NCBI GenBank assembly: GCA_013416795.1
Contig: RQSC01001348.1
Span: 7,699-66,546, forward strand
Direction of reading: 5' to 3'
Length of the DNA stretch: 58,848 nucleotides
Source of the DNA: Prasinococcaceae sp. CCMP 1430
Lineage: Eukaryota > Plantae > Prasinodermophyta
How positions within the stretch are numbered: position 1 is the stretch's first letter; the number at the start of each line of letters is the position of its first letter. The translations under genes and the position numbers were made by a program. Below, piece by piece: positions 1 to 11,820 of this stretch. The notes under the pieces are model-generated. The model was given only the letters and a program-made list of their open reading frames with translations. It had not been told where the DNA came from and made no database searches.

Positions 1-58
1 TCCCCCCCAATCGATCCTACCCCCCCTCACCTCCCGTTGTCGTTTGCTGGGACCGCAG

Positions 59-406
59 AACGACGCGCTCGTGCGCACGCGCGGGGAGCTCATCAAGGAG
101 AACGTCCGTCTCGACAACGAGGTCGCGAGAGTCGCCGACGAGCTCGAAGCCGAGCGCGCGGAGAGGGCGACGGCTGCCGCTGCGGCCGAGCAGGCGCGCC
201 ACGACGTGGCGCAGCTGCAAAAAGAGCTTGCCGACGCAACGGCGAAGAAGAACGCCGCCAAGTCGGAAGCAAATCACTACAAGCAGCGCCCGGAGTTCGC
301 CCACCCTGGCCCGGGCTGGACGAACTCGGCGATGTTCGCGACCGCAGCTGCCGCGGCGGCCGCCGGTGCCTACGCGGCGTGCCACTTCACACGCCCACAG
401 AGATGA
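59..406 (+). CDS. 3' exon of a coiled-coil protein with a hydrophobic C-terminal tail (gene starts upstream of the window)
   Basis: Pyrimidine-rich tract and CAG acceptor at 56-58. Heptad-like E/A/R/K-rich helix (ENVRLDNEVARVADELEAER...), then an Ala-rich hydrophobic segment and TGA at 404-406. Confidence 0.55.
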   Translation, partial: NDALVRTRGELIKENVRLDNEVARVADELEAERAERATAAAAAEQARHDVAQLQKELADATAKKNAAKSEANHYKQRPEFAHPGPGWTNSAMFATAAAAAAAGAYAACHFTRPQR

Positions 407-547
407 AATGCGCCCACTCCTTTGCACCACGCGCGCAACGGCCACGCTCGCGCGTGCGGGCGCCCGCGCTCTCCATTGCTCGCACGCACCCTCGCGCCAC
501 CGCGCCCCCGCGCTCTCAGCCGCGCACCGCCCAATCACCCCAAAAAA

Positions 548-1837
548 TTACTCGGACGCGCCGCCGCCCTTTTGCACGCCCCCAGCCTCCGCGCCCTCTG
601 CGCGAGCCCGCGCATGCGCCCCCACCTGCAGCTCCGCCGCGTCCTCCTCCACCTCGAGCGCGAACGACGCGTTGTACGTCGCGCCGTCAGGCACCTCGCC
701 GCCATCGAGCGCGGCCTCGAATGTGGCTGCGGCCTCGGCCGCCTCCTCGCGCTCGAAGAGCGCGCGCAGGTCGTCGGAGGCCTCCGCTTCGAGCGCGTCC
801 TCGTCCTCCTGCGTCCACCCAGGGTTGAAGCTCACCTCTTCATCCTCGAGCTCCGCATGCAGCTCGGCGGCCCGGACCCCATCCCCACCGGCGTCGCCGC
901 CGTCCGCGAATTGCTGCCACGGATCGTCGAAGCCCACGGCGCGCTCGCCCGCAGCGAAGGCGGCGGCGCGCTCGGCGCGCCGCGCGGCGAAGGCGCTGCG
1001 CTGCGAGGAGGCCGCGAACTCGCGAAGCATGCGCGAGCGCGCGCGCAGGGCCTCGTCGTACTGCTCCGTCTGCGGGCTGGGCGCCAGTGCCTTCACCAGC
1101 AGGTCAAGCACCGCGTGGAGCATCACCTTCGAGCGCGTGTTGGCGGGTATAGGGTACATGAACCTCTTCGGATTGGTGTCGAGGTCCACCAGCCCCACCA
1201 CGGGCACGCCCATGAGCTCGCACTCCTGCAGCGCCGCGCGCGTGGTGGGCCCCATGTTCATGACGATCACGAGGTCGGGCTGCTTGAAGTCGCCCTTGCG
1301 GATGCCGCCGAAGCGCTTCTCCAGGCGTCGGTACAGCTGGCGCTCCTTCTTCTCCGCGGGCACCGCTCCCGCGTCGCGCTGCGCGAGGTACTCCGGCACG
1401 TTGCGCGTGACGAGGCTCCAGTTGGTGAGCATGCCACCCACCCACTTTGGCATGAAGCTCTGGCCGACCAGCCGCGCCGCGCGCAGCGTGAGCGGCGCCG
1501 CGTCCCTGTCGTCGTGCAGGAAGAGGACATGGGCGTCGGGTTTGTTGACGAGCAGCGCGTGCACGAACTGGAGCGCCGAGCGCAGCCCTTGCTCGCTCCG
1601 CTGCAGGTCAAGCACTGGCCGCCCGCCGTGGTAGCCTGCGACGAGCGACGTGTTCTCGCCGCGCACGTACGTGTCGCACACATCGGCGCCGGCGGCGCGC
1701 AGCGCGGGCGCGATCGAAGGGAAGGGGGGCGGCCTCCAGCGCGCAGAAGGCGGCGCGAGCGGCGGCTCAAGACCCGCGCCCGCCGCTGCCCCCTCCTCGG
1801 TCGCCGACGTCTGTAGGAGGCGTCCGCGTACAGCCAT
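548..1837 (-). CDS. rps2: Nuclear-encoded bacterial-type ribosomal protein S2 (uS2), probably mitochondrial, with an acidic C-terminal extension; a 5' exon may lie further upstream
   Basis: uS2 motifs KWVGGMLTNW, QPDLVIVMN, AALQECELMGVPVVGLVDLDTNP and YPIPANTRS. ATG at 1837. Confidence 0.85.
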   Translation of the reverse strand: MAVRGRLLQTSATEEGAAAGAGLEPPLAPPSARWRPPPFPSIAPALRAAGADVCDTYVRGENTSLVAGYHGGRPVLDLQRSEQGLRSALQFVHALLVNKPDAHVLFLHDDRDAAPLTLRAARLVGQSFMPKWVGGMLTNWSLVTRNVPEYLAQRDAGAVPAEKKERQLYRRLEKRFGGIRKGDFKQPDLVIVMNMGPTTRAALQECELMGVPVVGLVDLDTNPKRFMYPIPANTRSKVMLHAVLDLLVKALAPSPQTEQYDEALRARSRMLREFAASSQRSAFAARRAERAAAFAAGERAVGFDDPWQQFADGGDAGGDGVRAAELHAELEDEEVSFNPGWTQEDEDALEAEASDDLRALFEREEAAEAAATFEAALDGGEVPDGATYNASFALEVEEDAAELQVGAHARARAEGAEAGGVQKGGGASE

Positions 1838-1865
1838 GCCTGGCGCTCGGGCGCATGTAGCACGC

Positions 1866-1950
1866 TCGCGCGTACGCGTACGCGTACGCGTGACGCCAGC
1901 GCCTCCACCTGCGCCTGCGCCTGCGCCTGCGCCTGCGCCCGCGCCCGCGC
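1866..1950. repeat. Short tandem hexamer repeats (TACGCG)n and (CCTGCG)n upstream of rps2
   Basis: Seen directly: cgtacgcgtacgcgtacgcg and cctgcg repeated about six times. Confidence 0.8.
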
Positions 1951-2623
1951 CGCGCCGCAGCACGCAGCTCCACCCTGCCACCACCGACGGCGGCGGCCTC
2001 TTCCTCCCCTCCCCCACCACCCACCCACCCACTTATACACACTCTACGACGCGCGCTCGCGCCGCGCCGTGTGGCAGCAGGCGGCGCCGCCAGCCACCCC
2101 GCCGACGCCGACGACGGCAGCGGCGACGGCGACGCCGCAGCAACAGCCCCCGGGCCGCAAGGTTCGGGTTGAGGTGCGCCTGTACTATCAGATGGCATGC
2201 ACTACTGTACATGGCACGCGCACAATTAGGGTTCGGCTCATAGGGGACGCGCACGCGCAAGGCAAAACGCATTGTGCGGTTCGCTTTGAGGGTCTGCCAG
2301 GGGAAAGAAGCTTTCCTGTGGGTGAATTTGATTTCGTATGCGATGTATGAGTCTGGACGCGCGCGCGGATCTCGCCGGGACAAATCCGAAAACGCGCGGG
2401 GCTTGGCGAGGCCCGCCCCGCGCGCGCGCGCTCGAGCCCGACCCCGAACCTCCTAGGCCCCTATCATGCATTCAAAATGGTATTGTATACAAACCCTATT
2501 TGGGTGTGAACCTTTAAGGCGCGCGCGCGCGCTGCGGTCGCCCCGCAGCCTGCCGCGCGCGCGCCGGTCCTGCCCCCCAGCCGCAGCACGGCCACGCCGC
2601 TGAGTCGCGCCTCTGTGCGCGCG

Positions 2624-3509
2624 ATGCCACTGCTCAAGCTCCCCGGATCGCTCGCCCGCGCATCGGGCGCGAGCGTCGGCGAGACGCTACGCGAGGCGGA
2701 GGTGCTCGCGGCGGCGGCGACGGCGGGCGCTGGACTGGGTGGCGGCAGCGATGGCATGGGTGCGCTGGAGCTCCCGGCGGCAGCAGGACCCATCGTGCTG
2801 AGGAAAGGGCGTCGAGTCGGTGAGTGCCTCGCGCTCGCGCTCGCGCGCGCGCGGTGACCTCTCTCCCTCCCTCCCTCCCTCTATCTCTTTCACTCTCGCT
2901 CGCTCGCTCGTGCGGGCGGGCGCGCTCACCTTCCCTGCGCCGCACGGCTGGGTGCGTGAGCTGAAGGCGTGGCACTAGCGAGCGCTGCGGGTCGCAGCAC
3001 TTGCCAGAGTACTGCCTGACGCCGTCATTGCGCCCCAACGCCCACGATCCTCGCGCTGGCGCGGTGTCTGGTCGCGCTCGCCCTCTGTCGCGCGCGTAGA
3101 GCTCACGCCCGTCCTGGCTGAGGCGGATGACCCCGCCGCCTCCGCTGTCGAAATGCCGCGTGTGCGCATCGAGACACTGCGCGCTGCCTTCCCCCTACGC
3201 GAGGGACGATTCGCCCTCACCGAGGCCGAGCTCGGGCCCCCATGCGTAACGGCGGGCGGTGCGAAGAAGATCAAGAAGGACAAGAAGGCCAAAAAGGAGA
3301 AGAAAGCGGCGAAAAAGGCCGCCAAGCTCGCGCGCCAGCAGGCAGGCGCCGAGATGACCGCGACGCTCAACACCGCGGGCGAGCCCTCGCTCAACAGCAG
3401 CCAGCCGCCCGCGGCTGGTGGCGCGCTCGGCAAGCGCGGCCGTGACGACGCCGGCTCGGGGGCGGGCGGCGACGGCGATGCGGTCGACAGCAAGCGGCGG
3501 CGAGCATGA
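2624..3509 (+). CDS. Hypothetical two-exon protein with a Lys-rich (KKDKKAKKEKK) C-terminus and a terminal basic NLS-like motif
   Basis: ATG 2624, GTGAGT donor at 2820, open second exon ending KRRRA-TGA at 3509, TGTAA at 3521. Family not recognised. Confidence 0.45.
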
Positions 3510-3690
3510 TGCTCGGGGTGTGTAAGTTCCGGGGTGATAATATGTCGAATGCCCAAGTGCGCGCGGCTCCTGCGCATGCCTGCCCGATGCTCTGGTCTCA
3601 CAAATTAAGTTACGACGGCCGGGGTTGCGAGACCCCCTGGCCGCGTGCGTGCTGCTGGTAGGCTACAGGCGAGCGCGTGCTCCGCCGCGC

Positions 3691-4629
3691 TTACTTCGCC
3701 ATGGCGGCGCGCACGGCCTTGTTGCGCTTCACCTTGGCGACCATCGCCTTGTACCTGTCGAAGTCGGTCATCTTCATCTTCGCGGCCTTCTTCGCGATCT
3801 TCTTCCCCCAGTTCGACGCCGCGAAGGTGCCCTCAACGTCCGCGCTGTCCCACGCGGCCTTGAGCTCCTCCTTGCTCGGCGTCTTGCCCACGGTGATCAC
3901 CTGATCGGTGAGGCCCAGGCGCTTGAAGTTGGCCTGGGAGCGCACCATGCCCGGCGCATCGACGAGGCAGCGGTTCTGGTCGATGAAGTCGACGATCACC
4001 ACGAGCTTGCCGTAGTCAGGGCCGTAGTTGACCATGGCGACGCGGCCGAGCTCCACATAGCGGCGGAAAGGCTGCGTGGGGCGAAAAATCGCGCGCGTAC
4101 GCGTGTATGTAGGTGGGTGGGGCGGGGGGCGTGTCAGAGGGCGAGTTCACAGGCGAATGCCGCACGCGGTGCGCCCGAGGGACGCGCATCCTAGGCACAC
4201 GCCCGAGTGCGCAGGGAGCGGTAACTGCCGCTGCTGCCACCCGCTGCTGCCACCCGCGGCACCGGCCGCGGCGAGCGTTGCGCGCCGCGGCGAGCCGGCG
4301 GGCGGCNNNNNNNNNNNNNNNNNNNNNNNNNNNNNNNNNNNNNNNNNNNNNNNNNNNNNNNNNNNNNNNNNNNNNNNNNNNNNNNNNNNNNNNNNNNNNN
4401 NNNNNNNNNNNNNNNNNNNNNNNNNNNNNNNNNNNNNNNNNNNNNNNNNNNNNNNNNNNNNNNNNNNNNNNNNNNNNNNNNNNNNNNNNNNNNNNNNNNN
4501 NNNNNNNNNNNNNNNNNNNNCTGCATCACGCCGCGCGCGCAAGCGCCGAGCCCCCGCCGCACGCCGCCCGCTCCTCTCCTTCCCCTCCGCCGCCTCGCGC
4601 GCGGCGCGCGCGCTGCTGGGACGTACCAT
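3691..4629 (-). CDS. RPL14: 60S ribosomal protein L14 (eL14); first exon is only the ATG
   Basis: Exon 2 (3691-4071) reads PFRRYVELGRVAMVNYGPDYGKLVVIVDFIDQNRCLVDAP...MTDFDRYK. ATG|GTACGT at 4629-4621. Intron 4072-4626 spans an N-gap. Confidence 0.95.
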
Positions 4630-5177
4630 GGTCGCCACGGGTGGGTGTGCGGCGCGCGCGCGCTGTGGCAGTCGGCCGCCGGCGGCGGCTGGCGAGCCGC
4701 CGCCGCCCAAATGCATGCGCGTTTGACGTATTTCACGGATTTCGCCAAGCGATGGAGCGAAATCCGTCGAGTTTCTGTGCGAACCGACCTCGTGCCGCGA
4801 CGGCGTCGCGCGCGCGCGGACCGCGATCTCGCGAGCGGAGGCGCGCATGCACGTCAAATTGCATTCAAAGAAACATCCACGTTCGTTTTGACCTCGCGTC
4901 ATCCGCGTGCGCTTTTCGCGTCGCGTCGCGGTGCCTGCGGGTCACCACAGTCAAAAGCGCGGAAGCTGCGCATTTGCAAGCGCGAAATGCTCACAATTTG
5001 ATGGCAATAACCAAGGTGATAAAAAAATTCGCTCGGAGCCACCCATCGTGTGTGTGCATTCCGAGGGGCTCGAGGAGATTCAGAAAAAGGGAAGCGCAGT
5101 GCACCACAGCGCGCGCGGCGGGCACGCGCGCCGACGGCGGGGGGCGCGGCGCCCGCCNGGTGACGGGGGCGCGCGGA

Positions 5178-6469
5178 ATGGGGGGCGCGATGGGCGTTGC
5201 GGATGCCAAGGATGAGCCGCGCGAGGCCGGCGGCGCGGGCGGCGCGGGCGCGCCCGCACTTGCCGACGCGGTGACGGAGCGGCGAGCGCACAAGTGGCGC
5301 GCGATGATGGGGCCCGCCGGGGCCGACTGGCGCGTGTACGCGGAGCGCAAGCCCCTCAAGGTCAAGCGTCGGGTGCGCAAGGTGCGAGTGCGCGCGCGCG
5401 CGCGTGCGCACGTGTCCCGACGGGCGCGCACGAAACGTACCGCGGTGCCCACGTGTGTGCTGACCAGCGACGCCCCGCCTCGCCCCGCCCCACCCTCGCC
5501 ATGCCTCGCCGCGGCGCGGCGTGCGCGCGCAGGGCGTGCCCGACCAGCTGCGCGGGCTCGTCTGGCAGCTCATGTCCGGCAGCCGTGAGCTGCTGCTCGA
5601 GAATCGCGGAGTGTACGAGCAGCTCGTGTGCTACGAGCGCACGCCCGCGGAGCTCGAGATCATCCGTGACATCAGCCGGACCTTTCCGGGACACGTGTTC
5701 TACCGGCAGCGCCACGGACCGGGCCAGCGCTCGCTCTTCAACGTGCTCAAGGCGTACGCGGTGTACGACAGGGACCTCGGTTACACGCAGGTGAGCGCGC
5801 GCGTGCGCCCGGGGCCCTCGCGCGCCCGGGCGCGCTCGTCCCTCGGACGTGCGCGGTGGGAGCTCGCGGCTGACGCGACGTGTTCCCCATCGATGGCCGC
5901 GCGCGCGTGTGCGCGCCCTCGTTGCGCAGGGCATGGGCTTCGTGGCAGGCCTCCTGCTATTGTACATGAGCGAAGAGGACGCCTTCTGGACGCTCGTGGC
6001 GCTGATGAAGGGAAAGGTGCACACGCCTATGGAGGGGCTGTACCTCCCCGGCCTGCCGCTCATACAACAGTACTTGTACCAGTTCGATCGTTGCGTGGGG
6101 GCGCTCATGCCTCGGCTGTACGCGCACTTCCAGGCGGAGTGCATCCATCCCTCGATGTACGCCTCGCAGTGGTTTGTGACGGTGTTCGCGTATTCCTTCC
6201 CCTTCGACTTCGTGCTGCGCGTGTGGGACGTCTTCATGCTCGAGGGCATGAAGGTGGTCTTCCGCGTGGGACTGGCGCTCCTCTCCCTGCGACAGGAAGA
6301 GCTGCTCGCCCTTCCCTTCGAGCACCTCGTGCAGGCGCTGCGCAACGTGCCGCCTGAGCTTCTCGCTCAGCCGGACGACGTGCTGCGCGTGGCCCACGGC
6401 ATCCGGGTGTCGGACATGCTCGCGGGTTTCAAGAAGGACTACGCCGAGCAGCAGCTCGAGCAGCAGTAG
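5178..6469 (+). CDS. TBC-domain Rab GTPase-activating protein (EVI5/GYP-like), at least 3 exons; 5' end uncertain because of the N at 5158
   Basis: GVPDQLRGLVWQLMSG, IIRDISRTFPGH (Arg finger), YTQGMGF (Gln finger), EEDAFW, YASQWFVTVF and RVWDVFMLEG. Introns 5382-5532 and 5791-5929. Confidence 0.92.
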
Positions 6470-6611
6470 GTGTCGAGCGCGGACAACAGCTGCAGGCGCC
6501 CACGCGCGCGGATACGCCGCTGTTGTGCGGGCGCACAGACAGGCAGACGCGCGCGCGCGCACACACATACATACACACAAACACGCGCACATGCATACAC
6601 GCACGCGCACG

Positions 6612-6655
<44 letters not shown>

Positions 6656-6788
6656 GCCGCACAGCGTGGGAGAGCTGGCGCCACGCCCGCAGTAGCGGCG
6701 GGAACCTGTATTTGTACATGTCCATTTCGATATTGATACATTCGTGCCTGCGCGCCCACGGCGATCGCTTGTTGTGCGCGCGGCGCAC

Positions 6789-8020
6789 TCAACGGCCGCT
6801 GCCCTCGTCGCTGGCGTCGCTGCCGCCAAGCCCAACAAAGAGCGCGGCCAGCTTGAATTGCAGGTAGCCGAGCACCGCCAGGAAGAGCGCCTCCGGGCTA
6901 AGCTTCGCTGCGGGCCCGCCTTGTACGGCGAGCTGCGAGGCGGCCACCGTCGCCGCGAAGAGAGCGGCGATCGCGGCAGGGTCGATGCGTTCCGCAGCAC
7001 CCGAGAGCAACCCCATCTCACCGCTGGCGCTGGTGTCCTCGCTGGCGTCCTCGCTGGCGAGCTCGCTGCCGGCGTCTGCGCTGCCCGACTCGGGCGCGAT
7101 CTTGTCCACGCGCCGCTGCAGGCCCAGCAGGCCCAGCAGGCCCAGCAGGCCACCGGCAGCGAAAGCGGTGGCGTCGCCGACGCCAGCCAGTGCATACGCA
7201 GTCGCTGTACCTCCTGCAACAAGCGCCGCGGTGAGCGCCACGAGCCTCTTCTTTAGCTCGTCGTACTCGGCCAGGCTCTCCTCGCGCGCGGCAGCCAGCT
7301 CGTCCGGCGTGCGCGCGCGCCAGGGCACGGCCGCGGCCTCGGCGCCCTGCGCGGCGCGCGAGGCGAGGGAAAGCTGCGTGCACTCGCCCTCGTCGAGTGG
7401 GAAGGCGCCACGGAACAGATAGCTCGCACCCGCCTCGACCTCGACCTCGCCCGCGTCGCCGCCCGTCACAGGCGCCGTGACGATCACCTCGGTCATGTCC
7501 CACGCCCCGCGCTCGGCTCCGAGCCACACCGCCTTAATTTCGCCGAGCTCGCCGAGGCCATCGTGCGCGTCGCCGTCGCCCCAGTCGTCGCCTCCATTGA
7601 CGCGCAGCGCCACGCGCACCCCCCTGCCGCCGCGCTGGACGAGCGGCGCTCCTACGTTCGCGAAGCACGCCGCTCGCTCGCCGAGCAGGCACGCAAGGAG
7701 CCCCGCCGAGGGGTCGGCGAGCCCGCGTCCGCGAACCTCGAGCGTGTACGCGTCACGCGCGGGGGGGGCGCCCTCGGGCGGGGCGGGGGGTGATCGGGAG
7801 GGCGCGCACGCGCGCGCGTGTGTGTGGAGTGGGAGGGAGGGAGGGGGATGCGGTGTGGATGGTGCGTGTGCGCGGGCGGGCGGATCGGCGCGCGCGATCG
7901 ACGCACCGTGAGGGGGGCGCCGGCGCTGTCTCCGCAGCCGTCGGTGAAGAGCGTGTCGAGCCACTGCGCGTCGGCGGCGGCCGCGTACCCGCGCAGCGAC
8001 GCGCACCCGCGATGGGATCG
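6789..8020 (-). CDS. Uncharacterised plant/algal-type protein: PLAT/LH2-like beta domain plus a C-terminal multi-pass membrane region; 5' exon uncertain
   Basis: GLADPSAGLLACLLGE, LGEIKAVWLGAERGAW, SLAEYDELKKRLVAL, hydrophobic AFAAGGLLGLLGLLGLQRRVD and FLAVLGYLQFKLAAL. GTGCGT donor at 7906. Confidence 0.6.
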
Positions 8021-8611
8021 ATGACGAGCCCGCCTAGGCCCTCAGCCACACCCGCGCTCTGTGGCGCGCCCGCACCAGATATTTTCCTGCGAGTTTTCCC
8101 CCAGAGATCGACCATGCTCAATTCCAATTCGCGCGATCCGCAGGCTCACACAGGCACGCGCACATCCGAACCGTGTGTGAGGACAGGATGAACCGGGGTC
8201 GACGGCGGTGGCGACGGAGCTGCTAGGGTTAAGTTCCTGCCCACGGGGGGTTTCGCCCAGAGCTCACCCCGCGGCCATCGGTGGCCATCGCGATGTTAAC
8301 CCTAGTTGCGCCAATCACATACGGTATCCTAAACATGAACCGTAACCTCAGACGACGTAGGGGCGGGAGCGCGCGCGCGCACCGGTGCCCGCGGGGTGCG
8401 TGCTCCCCCCCCCTTCCCCCCAGGCGAGGCGGCCGAGGCCGCGAGGGTGGAGGCCGAGGCCGAAGACGACAAGGCGCGGCGGCGAGCGCGGTGCACGGCG
8501 GCGCCTGCAACAAAGAAGGTCTATGTATACACGGGGCGGACGGGGGCGCGCGGGGACGCGCCCGCGCGGGTGCGCTCGCGCCGCTCGCGGGGCGCTCGCT
8601 GGCGGCGCTCT

Positions 8612-9750
8612 TCAGAGCCTCGCCAGGATGTCCTGCGCGCCGCTGACGGTGAAAGCGCCGCCTTCCTCGAGGTTGAGGTGCTTCACCACGCTGTCTTCGA
8701 CCAGCATGGCGTAGCGCCGCGAGCGCACACCCAGGCCTTGCTCGTTGAGGTCGAGCTGCACGCCCAGGGCTTTTGCGAGCTTGGCGCTGCCGTCGGCGAG
8801 CATGAGCAGCGTGCCGTTCGGGTCGACGGTCTTGCCCCAGGCTGCCATCACAAAGGCGTCATTCACGCTCACGCACACACTGCGGGTGGGAAGGTAGGCG
8901 CGCGGATGGGTGCGAGCGAGCGAGCGCGCGCGCGGAGGGGGGGGGGGGGGGGGGGGGGGGCGGGGGAGCGAGCGCGAGCGCGCAGGCGCATTCACGCAGC
9001 GCTTGTCGTCAGCACACGCCAATACGAAGCAGAGCCGCATCGACTGGCGCACGCAGCAAGTGCATGCGAGCGCGCACAGCCGCGCAAGCTCTCGAGTAGC
9101 ACGCATCAGCAGAGCTGCTGCCACGCACATGTCGTCGACGCCCTTTTCGCGCAGCTTCGCAGCGTTCTCGACGAAACCCGGCACGTGTTTTGTGGAGCAC
9201 GTCGGAGTGAAAGCGCCGGGCACAGCGAAGAGCACCACCTTCTTGCCAGCGCACAGCGCCGCCGTTGAGACTGACTGCAACGCGCCCTCGCGGTCGAAGT
9301 ACTTAAGCTCGACGTCGGGTAGCGTGTCGCCCTCCCGAATGAGCGAGTGGCCGGATGCGGTCGCCGCCGCCCGAACGCTGCAGACGAGGAGAGGGCGAAT
9401 GTGCGCACGCGCGCGAGTGGTGCGGGCAAACACAGCGTGATGGGGAGAGGTGCACATCCGCGCGCCACAGATGGGGTGGGGAGAAGAGTGAATGCGACGG
9501 CAGCCAGCGCGTCAGAGACGGCGCGCACGTGGCTGCACGCAACCGCGCGCCCGGGAGCACACGCGGAAATGCAGGCGCGTACGCCCTCCCAGCGGTGCGC
9601 GCCGCGCGCCGCGCGGTGCTGGCGGACATTCGCGCGCCCCACGCACGTCTGCGTCCGCGCGCGCTTCTCGTGCGCCCTGGGCGCTCTCGTGCGAGTCCGC
9701 CCACGCGGCCTATCCACCGCCACCGCCGCGGCGGAGCGCGCGTAGGACAT
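8612..9750 (-). CDS. Type II peroxiredoxin (PrxII/Prx5 family), probably organelle-targeted; start uncertain
   Basis: KKVVLFAVPGAFTPTCSTKHVPGF, CVSVNDAFVMAAW, MLADGS and GLGVRSRRYAMLVED. Intron about 8881-9129; acceptor near 9378-9379. Confidence 0.9.
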
Positions 9751-9965
9751 GCGCTGCCCCGCGCGTCGCAGCGCGCGTGCGCGGAGTGGCGCACCCGCCC
9801 GAGGCTCCGGCCTCCAACATCCCAAACATCGCAGTTGTGCTGGGCCCGCCACAGGGCGCGCGCAACCCGCCGCGCCACACCCCGCGGCACTCAGCAGCGC
9901 TGCGCCGCGCCGCGGCACCCGTCCCGGGCCCCGCGGAGGCGTTGGGGCGCGCGGGCTCCAGCAGC

Positions 9966-9997
<32 letters not shown>

Positions 9998-10146
9998 CAG
10001 CCCCACCCCGCTCCCCACCCCCGGCACGCTCCCACGGGTACACACGCCCGCCCGCCCCCCCGCCCTGGACCGCCGCTGCCAACGTGCACGCGCGCGCGCG
10101 CAAGCAGAGATCGCCCCGCCTCCCCCACCCCCCCCGGGTGGACACG

Positions 10147-11711
10147 ATGGTGGTAGTAGAGTACAAGGGCCGCAGGCACACGTTCAAGCCCTCACCGAGC
10201 GCGCCGGCCTCCAAGCTGCTCGAGGCGGCACTCTCTGCGCCGCAGCTTGGCGCGCCGGGCCGCTCCGGCATCACAGGTGCGACTTCCCCACACACACGCC
10301 CGTCTGCGCGGCCATCTGGCGCTTGGTTGCTTGTACGTGCATGTGGGCGCGCCACTGACTGAGCCCGCGGCGGTCTCTGGCGTGTTTAACAGGCGGCGGC
10401 GAATGCAAAGCTTGGGGGCTACGCCGCGCGCCAGCTAGGCCGGCCGCGCGCCGCCCGGGTGCATCGGCGACTGCCCGGCGCGTGACTACAGAGATCGACC
10501 TGAGCGCACAATGGCGCATGTGCAACGTCGCGCCGACCGACAAGCTCGAGCTCTTCGAGCGCGCGGCTGGAGCACCGCCGGCAGCGCCGCAAGCGCGCAC
10601 GCGTCCACCCGCCATGCAACAGCAGCAGCAGCAGCAGGTGCAGCAGCAGGTGGCATCCGCTCCGGCGTTGGCAGACCCGCAGGCGCCCGTGCAGCAGATC
10701 CAGTGGGGCGCAGCGCCGTCGGAGCAGCAGCAGCGGCAATCGCAGCCGCAGCAGCCGCAGATTCCGTGGGGCCAGGCATCGCAGCAGCGCGCGGTCGAGC
10801 AGGAGCAGACGCAGCAGCAGCAGCAGCAGCAGATTCCGTGGGGAAGAGCGCCGCAATACGACGACCAGCACGCGGGGCAGGCCGAGGCGCAGCAGGGCCG
10901 GATCCCCTGGCCGGAGCCCTCCAAGGGCAGAGCGCCGGGAGAAGGTGTCGTGGCACCTGTAGCTGCGACGGAAGCGACGGCGGATGCGGAGGCCGCTGTT
11001 CCCCCACCCGCAGCTCCTTTGCGGACCGCCGCGGATAAGCGCATCGGGCGCGCGGTGCACGTTTTCGACGAGGGCGCGCTGGTGAGCGCGACCGCCGCTG
11101 CCGAGCGCGACGCCGAGCCCGACGACAGCTTCTTCGAGTTCACGCAGGAGGACCTTGCGAAATCCATGCGCCGCGACACGGGGCCCAAGTATCTCATGAC
11201 CGCCAAGATGCGTGAGCAGGCGATGGTGGAGAAAGCCTCACGTCTCGGCGCCACGCGCGTGCGCGTGGTCATGCCTGACCGCACTTGCGTCATGGCGGAC
11301 TTCGCACCGCTTGACACGCTTGCCGACCTGCACGAGTTCGCTGCAGGCATCCTCGAGCCAGGCACCGCTTTCGAGCTCTTCGTTGCGCCGCCGCGCAGGG
11401 TTCTCGCCGTGTCGGGCGCGACGCTCTACGCTGAGGGCCTCTGCCCCGCGGCTGCCGTGCGGGTGACCTCGACCGACGGCGCGCCGCTGTCGCTCAGGGC
11501 GGACGTGCGCGAGTGTGCGGGCCCGCCGCCGCCGCCGCCGCAGGCGTCCGCAGCGGAGGGGAAGCGCCAGCGCACGGCAGGAAGCAGTGGCGCTGGTGGC
11601 AGCGGCAGTGCCCGCAGCGTTGGAGGGGTTTCCCATGCGGGCCGCGCGGGCGGCGGCGCGGGTGCAGGCGCGAAGAAAGGGGTACCCAAGTGGCTCAAAC
11701 TCGGCAAATGA
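10147..11711 (+). CDS. ASPSCR1: ASPSCR1/TUG (PUX1-like) UBX-domain p97/CDC48 adaptor
   Basis: N-terminal TUG-UBL1-like segment (RRHTFKPSPSAPASKLLEAA...IDLSAQWRMCNV...KLEL), PDDSFFEFTQED, LMTAKMRE, UBX (TRVRVVMPD...FELFVAPPR...LYAEGLCPAA) and terminal PKWLK. GTGCGA donor at 10278. Confidence 0.78.
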
Positions 11712-11820
11712 CGCGGCGCATCGCAGGCGGGCCGCGGCGAGCGCTCTCCCCATTGCATGCGCTGTAACCTCGGGGAAAGCGCTCAAATGTTATTACAGAT
11801 CCGTTTGGCTGTGTGCTCGC

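Noticed and set aside
8396-8560. Charged + strand stretch (EAAEAARVEAEAEDDKARRR) after an acceptor-like CCCCAG
   Set aside because: No supporting upstream exon or start was found. It overlaps the expected 3' UTR of the peroxiredoxin, and this composition arises easily in GC-rich DNA.
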